In this document: one piece after another, positions 12,598 to 23,100 of the stretch
How positions within the stretch are numbered: position 1 is the first letter of the stretch
Layout of the letters: every line of letters starts with the position of its first letter
NCBI GenBank assembly: GCA_964291655.2
Contig: OZ219801.1
Coordinates: 320,001 to 384,000, forward strand
Direction: 5' to 3'
Origin: Chloroflexota bacterium
GTDB taxonomy: Bacteria; Chloroflexota; UBA11872; VXOZ01
DNA: 64,000 nucleotides
Made by a program: the position numbers and the translations under genes
Notes under the pieces: model-generated
The model's database searches: none
Told to the model about the DNA's origin: nothing
Seen by the model: only the letters and a program-made list of their open reading frames with translations

Positions 12598-15042
12598 CTA
12601 TTCGTCAAGCATCTCGGATGCGCGTTCGACGGCGCCACGAAGTCGGTAGTTCTGGTACGCCGCCCAGAGGATCATCGCCGGTGGCACGACCACGATGGCG
12701 GCGATCAGAGCATAGGCGATGGTAATTGCCGTCACGATTCCGAATTGCTGGAAAGGTGTCAGTGTGGAGAACACAAGCACGCCAAACCCCAGTGCCGTGG
12801 TGAGCGCCGAGCCGAGCAGCGCTGATCCGGTCGTACCGAGCGTGCGGCGCGCCGCACGCTCCGGATCGTGGGAGTGCGCGAACTCCTCCTCATAGCGATG
12901 AATGATGTGGATTGTATAGTCCACGCCGATGCCGATGGACAGCGCCGTGATGAGCGCCGTGATAACGTTGTAGGGAATGCCGACCAAAGACATGGTGCCG
13001 AGCACGCAGAACAGCACCATGACGATCGGAGCGACCGCTATGACACCAAGTTCCGCCCGCCTCTCGGTGATCCAGAAGAACATGGAGAGGATGATCAGGG
13101 CTGCGAGCACGGTGGTGGCTATGGCGGCCGTCTGGCTGCTGGTCATGGCATCCACCACCTCGAGACCAACGATCTCGCCGGACGTCGCGACGATCTCCTC
13201 ATCGCGTCCGAACCACAGCCCTTCAATGTCCGCCACCATACGCCCGGCCCGCTCCTGGTCGCGCGTCAGCGCGTCGAAGCGCAGGAGTATAGTGTCCGGG
13301 CCGTTGGGGTTGTCCACGGCCACACGTGCGAAGCCAGGGGGGTCCAGCTCCTCCAGCCGGTCGATGATCGCCTGCAACTGATGCGGGTCGAGCCGGAACT
13401 GGTCGGCCTCGGCGACCATGGCCTGCAACTGGGCATCGTAGGCGTCGCCCTGTGTGCCATCCTCGGTCATCCAGTCGAGCAGCAGCAGACCCAGGGAGGA
13501 TTGTATGCCGCCGACCACGCCTTCGGGCCGGCGCAGGTCATCGTTGAAAGCGTCGGTAAAGTCGAGCACGTTGCGGACCGTTCGATCACTGGTCACCTCG
13601 GACTCGATCAACACCTGTACCACGTCGGTCGACCCGCCGAAAGCCGCGTCAAGCGTGTTGATGTCTCGGATGGCATCGCCGCCTCTGGGCAGGAAGTCGC
13701 GCGAATCGAAGACCGTATCGATGTTGGTGGAGGCGACGCCCAGCACGACAGTGATGATGCCGATTGCCAGCAGGAACGGTGCAGGGCGACGGGCGAGTTG
13801 GCCGCCCAGCGCCTCTACGGCAGCACCCACGCCGGGGATCGCACCGGAGATCGGTCGCGCCGGAGGCAGGGAGCCGCGCTTTTCGCGCCAGCGATCGAGC
13901 AGCGTACGAGCGGAGGTGAGCAGCACCAGCATTACGACGAGCCCCGCGACCACACCGACTCCTGCAACGACCCCAAAGTCGCCGTTGGCTGGAATCGGCG
14001 ACGAGAGGTTCGTCAGGAAGGAGACGACTGTCGTAACCGCGGCGAGAGAGAGGGGGATGAGCACCGACCGCAGTCCCAACCGCGCGGCAACCCGGACCTC
14101 ATGGCCTTCACCACGCTGCTCCCGATACAGACCCACCGTCTGGATCGCGTAATCGACCACCAGGCCGATCAGCATGATCGGCACCATCGTCGTCAGCGTG
14201 TTTGGAGCGCCTATCAGCCCGACACCGTTGGGTCCCAGCCATCCCTGGGCGCCTATCACCCAGATGATCGTGAGCACAAGGCCCAGCAGCGAGAGCAGCA
14301 GGTCAACGAGCGAGCGCGTGAACAGCAACAGCAGTCCACCTATCACGGCCAGGGCTATAACCATTAACACGACCATGTCCGAACCGGTCGCTTGCTCGGT
14401 CTCTTCAGCCGTGGTGGCCTGAGAAATGCTTCCGCCATCGAGCGGACCAGAACTCGCCTCAACGATTTCGCGGATCGCCAACTCGGCCTCGTTAAGGAAC
14501 TCCTCGTCATCCTTCGAGTCCCCGTCTCCATCCCCGTCCTCTAGCAGTCGCACATTAGCGATCGCAACTCCAGTGCCGTCGGCGTCGGTGCCGACCAGCC
14601 GCCCAATGGGCAGTTGCGCAGCCGCCTGGTCAATCTCCTGTTGAGAGAGCAAAACAAAGTCGTCGGCGCCTAGGGCTCTCCCAATCAATAGCGTTGGCGC
14701 AATGACCGGGTCGGGCTGGGCCAGAAAGGGAACAACACGCGGTTCGGTCATCACCCCATCCAGAACGCTGTCGATCTGGGCCAGACCTTGAGGTGTTAGC
14801 GCATCGCCCCGAAAGATCAACGTCACCGAGACTGTGTCCAGGGAGCTTCCGAACAGCTCGTCGATCGTTTCCGTGGCGGCGGCCACCCTGCTGTCCTCGG
14901 GCAGAAACACGGAGTTGTCTGCCTGGGGAGCCAGCCTGGTGATGCCAACTCCCAACGCAACCGTGAGGGCCAACAGCACCAACAGCGTCACAATCGGCCG
15001 GGCGGTGACAAGCCCGCTGAGTACGTCAAGAGTCTTAGTCAT
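12598..15042 (-). CDS. MMPL/RND family transporter
   Basis: 814 aa with two repeats of a soluble loop plus TM bundle; GLVVDYAI and GIGVDYTIH motifs. Confidence 0.9.
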   Translation of the reverse strand: MTKTLDVLSGLVTARPIVTLLVLLALTVALGVGITRLAPQADNSVFLPEDSRVAAATETIDELFGSSLDTVSVTLIFRGDALTPQGLAQIDSVLDGVMTEPRVVPFLAQPDPVIAPTLLIGRALGADDFVLLSQQEIDQAAAQLPIGRLVGTDADGTGVAIANVRLLEDGDGDGDSKDDEEFLNEAELAIREIVEASSGPLDGGSISQATTAEETEQATGSDMVVLMVIALAVIGGLLLLFTRSLVDLLLSLLGLVLTIIWVIGAQGWLGPNGVGLIGAPNTLTTMVPIMLIGLVVDYAIQTVGLYREQRGEGHEVRVAARLGLRSVLIPLSLAAVTTVVSFLTNLSSPIPANGDFGVVAGVGVVAGLVVMLVLLTSARTLLDRWREKRGSLPPARPISGAIPGVGAAVEALGGQLARRPAPFLLAIGIITVVLGVASTNIDTVFDSRDFLPRGGDAIRDINTLDAAFGGSTDVVQVLIESEVTSDRTVRNVLDFTDAFNDDLRRPEGVVGGIQSSLGLLLLDWMTEDGTQGDAYDAQLQAMVAEADQFRLDPHQLQAIIDRLEELDPPGFARVAVDNPNGPDTILLRFDALTRDQERAGRMVADIEGLWFGRDEEIVATSGEIVGLEVVDAMTSSQTAAIATTVLAALIILSMFFWITERRAELGVIAVAPIVMVLFCVLGTMSLVGIPYNVITALITALSIGIGVDYTIHIIHRYEEEFAHSHDPERAARRTLGTTGSALLGSALTTALGFGVLVFSTLTPFQQFGIVTAITIAYALIAAIVVVPPAMILWAAYQNYRLRGAVERASEMLDE

Positions 15043-15339
15043 ATACGATGTCTTGTACCTCGTCCTGTTTATGAGTGGCTCAATGATACCCCATTCACCG
15101 GTTAGTTCAAAATCTCTGAGTCTGGTATTCTCTTCCTTATTTAATCATAAAACCAGCGCAGCTAGTGGATATGATTCGAAGAATTGCCCATCGTCGATGC
15201 GAGTTGCCGAAGAGTGGGATATCTTCCGTCCACTTCCCGCATAGACCAACGTCTTCGACTTGATGACTTGCACTCCATTGGAGTGAGGTCTGAAGGGTCC
15301 CTGTGTCGAGCGCCGCCGAGCATGATTCTATGAGGAGAG

Positions 15340-16083
15340 ATGAACGTGAATAGGACAGAAAATCTCATGCAAACCGACACTTTGGATCGAGAGGCCATGC
15401 TGGACAGGATCGAACGAAGTACTGATCTGCCGTTGATGATCCTCTCCACCGCGATGATCCCAATGCTCGCAGGGTTGCTGTTCTGGGAGCCGGGTCCCGT
15501 ACCGCGGGGCGCGGTCCTTGCCCTCTACCTGTTCATCTGGGCCATCTTCGCGGTAGAACTGGCGGCAAGGGTAATAGTCGCTCCCCAGCGTGCACGATTC
15601 ATACGGCGTAACTGGTTCGATGTGCTCGTTGTGCTGCTCCCGGCCGCTCGTCCGCTGAGGATTCCCCTGATCGTCCTCTATGGCTCGCACGCCTATGGCC
15701 GGGCGTTGCGGTTCGCTCACGTCGATTACTTGGCAGGTTACGCCATCAGCCTCGTACTGCTAATCTCCACTATCGTCACCTCGGTCGAGCGCGGGCACGA
15801 CTCACCGGTCGATTCCTTCCCGGATGCCCTTTGGTGGTCTATTGCCACTGTGACGACGGTTGGCTACGGCGACGTCGTCCCCGTGACAACGGCTGGGCGC
15901 GCGTTTGCGTATGTCCTGATGGTGGGAGGCATAGGACTCTTCGGCGCGTTCACGGCCAATCTAGCATCGATCCTGGCGAGACGCAAAGACCCGGTCCCGG
16001 CTGGCCTCGCATCGCTTGCCGACGAGATTCGTGAACTGCGCGAGGAAATCAAACAGTTTCGGGAGCAGGATGTGTCACGCTAG
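15340..16083 (+). CDS. potassium channel family protein
   Basis: Selectivity filter TTVGYGD preceded by the DALWW pore helix; N-terminal TM segments including RPLR. Confidence 0.92.
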   Translation: MNVNRTENLMQTDTLDREAMLDRIERSTDLPLMILSTAMIPMLAGLLFWEPGPVPRGAVLALYLFIWAIFAVELAARVIVAPQRARFIRRNWFDVLVVLLPAARPLRIPLIVLYGSHAYGRALRFAHVDYLAGYAISLVLLISTIVTSVERGHDSPVDSFPDALWWSIATVTTVGYGDVVPVTTAGRAFAYVLMVGGIGLFGAFTANLASILARRKDPVPAGLASLADEIRELREEIKQFREQDVSR

Positions 16084-16227
16084 CTGCCAGGTCGCCGGGG
16101 CGCACGCTGCCTGGCGCAGTCGCTCCGGTTCAAGAGGGCTCCGGGAATACTGTTCTTGCGGCACGGCAGACCCACCGTAGTGAGACTGATGTTGCTGACC
16201 ATAGTGCTGGCATTTGCAAGCTAATCG

Positions 16228-16770
16228 TTACTTGTAGTAGACAGCGATGTATACATGAAACAGACCCAGCACCACCGTGACCGCCGCCAGCGAGACGTGG
16301 GCAAGCCCCCACGATACAGTGTAGTATCGATTGTTGAATCGGATGCCCAGAGGGCTCGCGGCGCCAACAAGCATATTGCCCAGGAAGACCCAACTGAGCG
16401 CAGCCAGGTAGCCGTAGCCTACCTCCACGCTGTGCACGTAGAAGAGGAGCGGAACGAGGGATCCGGTCCGCTGGTGCCATGACAGCAGTCTCCGCAGATT
16501 CCGTCGCTTGAGGCGTGAGTAGAAGAGCCACCACTGCCATCCCACGTAGGAAATCAGCCCGGCGCCGGTTACTTACTTGAACACGTCAACCGACTGGAGA
16601 TTGGCGAGCCACTCCCATCGCAGCCCCCCCCCCCCCCCGACATCCTGCGCCACGTAGAGGAGCACACCCACGACGCCCGCCGCTCGCCACCTCCAGACAG
16701 CCACCGGCAACACGAGGGGGCGGCTCGTACGGCCACGCGCGCGGGACCCGCTTCGTCCGGCAGCTTCCAT
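16228..16770 (-). pseudogene. small multi-TM membrane protein with an in-frame TAA at 16573-16575 and a G15 tract
   Basis: ORFs 16573..16770 and 16228..16545 share one frame separated by a single stop; C15 on the plus strand at 16624-16638. Confidence 0.55.
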
Positions 16771-16801
16771 TAGCGCCTCACTCCGTCTATAGGCTCAACC
16801 G

Positions 16802-17380
16802 TCACTTCACCTCCTCGCCACTTTGCGCCTCCAGCAGCAGGCGAAGGGTTTCGGCTGATGGAAGGAAATAACCGTCGCCGGGCCACTTCTCCCCCACAAG
16901 CGGAGGGTCGGCAAAGGTGGCAACCTTATTCAAGTAGTGCTCATAGGCTTCTCGGACGCTCCGGCGCAGGGCCTGCACCAGAGCCAACGCTTCGGCCATG
17001 CCTATTTCGCTCTCAGGGTATGACCACGTGGTTGCGCCCATCACGTCGCCCACTTGCCAGTCCGTCTTGGGCGAGTCCGGGTCGCTGTTGTGGCAGATCA
17101 CACAAGCCTCGGTCGGGGCGATGTCCGAGAACATGGCGGTCTGGAATCCGAGCTCCCTGTCCAGGAAGAACTGCGGCTCACCCGTGCGTCTGATTTCTTC
17201 GAAGTGCTCGGTCTGCTGGCCGGTGAACCTGTTGGCGTCATTGATCTGGAAGTCCGAGCCCAGGAAGAGATACAGGGGTACTGAACTACGTCGGAGACCC
17301 TCGGCCGTCTCCCGCAGGAAAAGGGCTGGCAGTGGCCCGGCGTCGAGTCCCTGGTCATGCCAATCCTCGTCAAATCGAAT
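16802..17380 (-). pseudogene. 5'-truncated DUF3365/Tll0287-like c-type heme protein
   Basis: Frame reads FDEDW..GPLPALFLRE...LFLGSDF...CVICH...DVMGA and begins abruptly at the att-like site at 17381. Confidence 0.75.
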
Positions 17381-17779
17381 CCACCAAACTGGACAAAATC
17401 AAGAACTTTCTCCATCACCTTTACTTTGGTAGTGTGACCGCCGGGCGGAGTCGGAGCCAAGAGCGCCGGAAAAGAGCGGCCATCGGCCTGGCAAGAAATG
17501 AGAAAGCTCCTGCCAGGACGCGGGGGCTTTTCTTTTGTGCTGAACCCTCCTAGTGAAAGGCCGTAGCAACAGGGCGCGAGGTTCCCAACGGGTATACTCA
17601 CTGGTATTGGGGTGGGGTTTCGTAATTTGCCGCCATGTCGTGTTAGTCGGCTGCGCCCACAGAGGGTCGTTTTGTGCGTGGTGTTGCAAGGCCAATCACA
17701 ACTTTCGCGTAGGATGTTATCGCGCCAATATTAAAGAGGGGTAGCCATTACAGTGCCTCAAGAAGGATTGACTACTACC

Positions 17780-18003
17780 CAGGGTCTTTCGATTATTGCT
17801 GAGAAACGCAAAGCGAGAGAATTTGGGGAATATAGGGGAATAGGAGTAAGATGGGGAGAGTGAGGAAGTGGGTGTGTGAAATGAGGGGTGAAAGAGAGTA
17901 AAGTGAGGGAACTGTCGATACTTGAGGTAATGTGGAAGTTGCCCGACCCACGCAGTGGACACGGCCGGCGGCATCCCTTGGGGGCGATTCTGGGGTTGTT
18001 GGG
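17780..18003 (+). mobile_element. ISAs1-family left-end remnant
   Basis: Starts CAGGGTC; encodes LPDPRSGHGRRHPLGAILGL, the N-terminal motif of ISAs1 transposases; fused in frame to the next gene. Confidence 0.6.
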
Positions 18004-18028
18004 CGGCTGGCGCATCCCCAGAGGCTCG

Positions 18029-19255
18029 ATGCGGGGCGTGCTGCTGGTCGTGATTGCCGCCCTGGCCGTCGGCGCCGGGACCCTCGCGGCCTGCGGCGAC
18101 GAAGAGAGGGCGCCCCTCAAGATCGGCGCGCTGCTGGTGAACAGTGAGGCGCAAACGGAGACGGCCCTCGACCGCCTGCGCTCCTTCAAACTGGCCATCA
18201 AGCACGTCAACCAGGCCGGCGGCGTGTTCGGACAACAGGTGGAAATCGCGGAAGGCGACACCCTCAACCCTGCCGAGGAGGCTCGACGCCTCATTGAGGA
18301 TGAGGGCGTTCATGCCATCGTCGGACCCAACTCCAGCGCTCACTCGCTCATGGTGATTGAGGTCGCGGCGCCGGCGGGGGTGCTGGTGATCAGTTCTTCG
18401 GCCTCTTCCCCGCTGCTCACCGCCAACGAGGATCGCGACCTTTTCTTCCGCACGGTCCTCTCCGACGCCGCCCAGGGGCCGGCGCTGGCGCAGCTCACGC
18501 GCGAACGGGGCTTCGAGAACGTGGGAGTCATCTACCGGGACGACGCCTGGGGACAGGGTCTGGTGGAGGCCTTCCGGCAGGCGTGGACAGGCGGCATCGT
18601 GGCCGTGAGATCCTCGACCGAGCTTCGTGAGAGCTACCTCGACCTCATCGAGGAGAGCGCGCGCGACGAAGCCAAGGCCCTCGTCCTGCTCACCTTCGGG
18701 GCCGAGGCCGAGATCATCCTCCAGGAGGCGCTCGACAGCGGCCTCTACGAACAGTTCCTCTTCGGCGACGCGCTCAGGCGGGCCAGCCTGGCGGAGGCCG
18801 TGGGCGGGGGAAGGCTGGCCGGCATGTACGGCACCGTCAGCGGCCCATCCCATGAGAACGCCCCCACCCGGATGTGGGACGAGGCGTTCCATAACGAGTA
18901 CGGGAGGGGCACGGAGGCTACCTACGTGAGGGAGACCTACGACGCTGCCATCGCCATCGCCTTGGCGGCGGAGGCGGCAGGCGACGCCGAAGGGGTGGTC
19001 ATTCGCGACGCGCTGCGGCGTATCGGCTCGGCGCCCGGCGAACAAGTTCTGCCCGGCGCGGAGGGTATCTCCCGCGCCCTGAGCACCATCCGTGACGGCG
19101 GAGATGTGGACTACGAAGGCGGCTCCGTCTCCATGGACTGGGACGAGTACGGCGACCTTCGGCGAGGCTACATCGGCATCTGGCGGTTCACGGCCGACGG
19201 CGACATTGAGGACGTAGACGTCATCGCCTACGAGGCTGAACCGCAGCGGAAGTAA
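18029..19255 (+). CDS. branched-chain amino acid-type ABC transporter substrate-binding lipoprotein
   Basis: Lipobox LAAC, KIGAL, AIVGP.SS, FFRT..SD..QG, YDAA motifs (LivJ-like). Confidence 0.88.
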   Translation: MRGVLLVVIAALAVGAGTLAACGDEERAPLKIGALLVNSEAQTETALDRLRSFKLAIKHVNQAGGVFGQQVEIAEGDTLNPAEEARRLIEDEGVHAIVGPNSSAHSLMVIEVAAPAGVLVISSSASSPLLTANEDRDLFFRTVLSDAAQGPALAQLTRERGFENVGVIYRDDAWGQGLVEAFRQAWTGGIVAVRSSTELRESYLDLIEESARDEAKALVLLTFGAEAEIILQEALDSGLYEQFLFGDALRRASLAEAVGGGRLAGMYGTVSGPSHENAPTRMWDEAFHNEYGRGTEATYVRETYDAAIAIALAAEAAGDAEGVVIRDALRRIGSAPGEQVLPGAEGISRALSTIRDGGDVDYEGGSVSMDWDEYGDLRRGYIGIWRFTADGDIEDVDVIAYEAEPQRK

Positions 19256-19364
19256 TCGACGACCGGAGTCCGATAATGGGGATCCTCAACTGAAGCCCAC
19301 CACAGCCGGGCGCGACGAGCCGCCCGGCTCCTTCCCAAGGTTCATTTAGAGCCAATTTCAGCCG

Positions 19365-19834
19365 TTACATACCCCTTTCAGGGGGTCCCCCTGGCGGGTT
19401 GTGATAGCCAGGCTTGATGCGCTTCAGACGGGCGGCTTTGCTGGAGCGTACCGGCTCCAATCCCTCCAGGACACTTTCGTCCCATAGGGCCAAAGGAGTT
19501 TCCCCAGCCTGTTTCAGTTCATCCAGGGCCTCATCGGACCGGTACCAGAGGAACCGCTCCAACAGGGTGTGAGACCATTGGGGAGAGCGCAATAAATTGC
19601 TCAGCCGCTTGGTGCCCGCCGGAGCTCTATCAGGAGATAGAATGTGGGCCCTCGGCTCCCTCACGAGCAGTCCTGACCGGCTGTGGCGCAGGCGGACCAT
19701 GGCGGTCAGGGCCAGGAAAAAGGTGCGCACCAGACGCCGGTCCAGCTGATCATCCAGCCACCCCTCCAGCGGCCCGATGAACATTTCCAACAAATTCGCT
19801 ACCGGTTGGGCTTGCCTCCGCCCCTCACCAGGCC
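19365..19834 (-). pseudogene. IS4-like transposase fragment (N-terminal half)
   Basis: LDRRLVRTF...APAGTKRLSNLL...LWDESV; truncated at both ends; probable 5' end displaced to 25126-25185. Confidence 0.65.
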
Positions 19835-20084
19835 CCACCACATTTGACGAAATCAAGAACTTTCACCATTTGCTTCCGGTTGGAGCCAGGGTAGTCGCGG
19901 GGCAAGGGACTGGTTGATAGGCCAAGGGGGTCCGTCATTCCGGCCTTGAGCCGGAATCCAGAGTCTCCCGACAGGCCAGATTTCCAAGAGCAAGGGATTA
20001 TGTGGATTCCGGCCCCGTATTGGGGTACGGGGTGACGTTCTTTCGCCGGAATGACGAGGCGGACGCTCTCCCCCATCCTAAAGC

Positions 20085-20158
20085 CGCGGGGGCCCGGACG
20101 ACTTCGCCCGGGCCCCCGCCCTCTGCTCCGTCCGGCTCGCTTGGGGGCGAGCCGGACG
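20085..20158 (-). terminator. two GC-rich hairpins after the adhesin gene
   Basis: GCGGGGGCCCGG...CCGGGCCCCCGC and GTCCGGCTCGC...GCGAGCCGGAC. Confidence 0.5.
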
Positions 20159-20173
20159 TAATGTTTCAGCGCG

Positions 20174-23100
20174 TCAGCCGCACTTGACGAGGACGTACTC
20201 GCCCTTGCGGTCGTCGTTCTTGTCTACGGCATCACGGCCGTCGTTGTGGTCGAGGAATTCCTCCACACCGCTGTGCTGACCAACGAGGATGCTGCCCCAG
20301 ACCCTGATGTCGCTGGTGCCGCCATCGCAGCCCTGATCGATGATCCTGGAGCCGGACCGGTCCAGGTCATTGGGGGCTTCGGCGTCAAACACGACTGCCC
20401 AGTTGTTCCATGCGCTGGACCTAGAATCTGTGTCCAGTTGGAGGGTGACGTCGGTCCACACCTTCTTGGCGAGGTGGACCCTCACCCGGCCGTTCTCCTG
20501 TTGCGAATACACGGTGAAGACGACGGCATCGTCCTCGACGACCTTGAGGATCGGGTTCGGCTTGGTCGACTCCGTGTCCTTGACCCGGAACTGGTAGTAG
20601 CGCTCGGGGTGGTACACGAAGTTGTCGTCGTGGGAGTTGAACGTCAACGGCATCCGCTTCCCGGTAGCATGATCCTTCCACGCGTCGCCTCCGAAACAGT
20701 TGTATCCGCCAGGCGTAAAGCATTCGGCGAAATTGCCCGTGTAGAGGTGCCACTCGGACTCTTCCCGGATCGCCAGCGCGCGGTGGCCGACCTCCTGATC
20801 CAGATTTTGCCAGGCCGACCATTGGGTGCCGTCGTCATTGGTCGCCGTGCGCACCTGGAGCGCGACCCGATTATTGCCGCCCCTCGTGCCGCTGTTCAGG
20901 ATCAGGTCGAACTGGTCACCTTCCTTGATCGTGGTGACACGGCCGATAGGGGTGTCGGCAGTGTTCTGACCGTGCACAACCGTCAACCAGACATCGGCGG
21001 TGATTGTGGTATTAGTCGCCCGCCAGCCATTCGTGTTCCTGGTGGCGTGGTACATGCCGGTGTCTGTCATTGTGATCGTACTGACTTCGGTGGTATGCAC
21101 ATCCGGAGCGTCCCAGCCGGCGCCGTCGGTCTCGTGCCAGACCAGCTTGACCGTGCCGTTGCTCCCGTTGGAGCCGTCTGATAGCCAGTCCCACGAGACC
21201 TCACAGGTGGCCGTCCGGTTAGCTGTGTTTCCGCCCGCGTTTGCACCCTTGTTGAAGGCGCAGACGCTGGGCTGCCAGTAGACGGCATGCCCGTGCTCCA
21301 GGTACATGCGCGCCGCCGAGGCTCTGCCGCCCTTGCGGATGTCCTCCTCCCGCGGGGCGAGATAGCCCCTCAGATGCTCACCCGACAGGGTGATGGTCTG
21401 CGTGCCGCTGGTGCCCTCCTTGATGGTGAACGTCGATCCGTCGCCATCGCCGTCCGCGTCGTCACCGAGTTTGCCGGTATTCCCGGTGACGGTGACGGTG
21501 GCGATGCTGTCCCGGAAGTTGATATTCAGGAGGTCGTAGGTGCCGACCACGGAGGTGCCGCTGTCGCCCACGTCGTGGTAGACCAGCTTGGCGCCGTTGA
21601 GGGTCGTGCCGGGAGTCCCGTCGTCGGTCAGGTTGTATGTGATCTGGGCCCGACGGTAATTCCTGTTGTTGAACGTCAGGTAGGGGTTAGAGCAGTTGTT
21701 GTCCAACCAGCCCTGGTAGGTGCCATGCGGACTGCTGGTGTTGCCCCAGGTGTTCGTGGCCACCCTGGTGGGGATGGTTTGGCCACCGGTCTGCGGCTCG
21801 ATGGTGATGTAGCCGCGCATCCGGCAATTGCCAGTGCCGACCTGGGGCTTGTTGACCCAGACGCGCACCTCGATCGTGCCCGATGTGCCTTCCTTCAGCC
21901 TGACATCGGCGATGAAGGCATCGGTCGGACCATTCGGACTGATCGGGTGGGGGACTACGGTGCCATTGTAGGAGAGCGCCGACTGCGCGCCGACGCAGAA
22001 GGTGCCATCGGACGACAGGCGCGTGCCCGGGTTGCACTGTGCTTCGACGCTGGCGGTGGCGGTGACGCTGTTCGTGCCGTCGCTGGCCGTGACGGTCATC
22101 GTCGCCGTCCCGGTGCTGGTGTTCTTGATCGAAATGAGCTCGTCCCACTGGCTAATCGTCGCGATGGGGTTGTCGAGCGTCACCGTAAAGGTCAGCTCGG
22201 CATCCGTCTCGTGGCCGAAGTAATCGGTCAGCGTGAGCTGCGTCGGCGAGAGGCTGGTGGAAAGGTTGATGGACGTGGGCAACGGGTTGTCCAGCGTCGG
22301 CATTGGCGCGGGCGGCGGGCCGTTGTGGAATATATCGGTCAGCGCCGGCGCGATTTCGTCCCAGATGTCGGTCCAGCTCCGCGCCGCCAAAGCTCGCGCT
22401 CTCCACGCGGGGTACGGCTCAATCGACTCCTTCTCTACGTCCTGCCCGAGCGCGAGCAGGACGCTGTCGTAGAGGTCGGTATGCGAGGAGAATTGGCCAA
22501 AGAGGGGATGGTTGCGCTCGGCCTCCACCTTGGCGATCAGGTCCTGGTAGGGAGCCCAGAACTCGGTGTAGGTCGGGGTAGCGCCCGAACCCGGCGCGTC
22601 ATCGTCCGTCACGATGACCGTCGCCGCGCCCTGCGTCGCCGAGACGGTGAAGCGCGGGTTGTCGCGCGGGTCCGGCTGCAGCGTCAGTGTCAGAGAGCCA
22701 TCGGACTCGTCGCGGTCGTCGTCCAGCGTGGACACGGTGATCGTGTTGCTTCCGGACGTCCCAATCACCTCCACGATCTGCCCGTCGCCGGAGGTGAAGC
22801 GGCCGTCCTGCGTCACCATGGCGACGAAGGTGATGGCCATAGTGCCGGTCGGCGCGGGGTTGGCGGTCACGGTGAAGGTGGCAGAGCCGCCCTCGGTGAC
22901 CGCTCCGCCGCCCACAACGCTGATCTCAGGCTTCGCAGCGGGAGCCGGCGGGTCATCATCGTCCGCCACGGTTACGGTGGCCGCACCGCCCGACGTGGAC
23001 ACGGTGTAGCCGGTTCCGGTATTCAGGGTGGCGGTTACCGACCCGTCGGCCTCGTCCACGCTGTCGTCACTGGTGGCGACGGTCAGCGTGTAGCTGCCGG

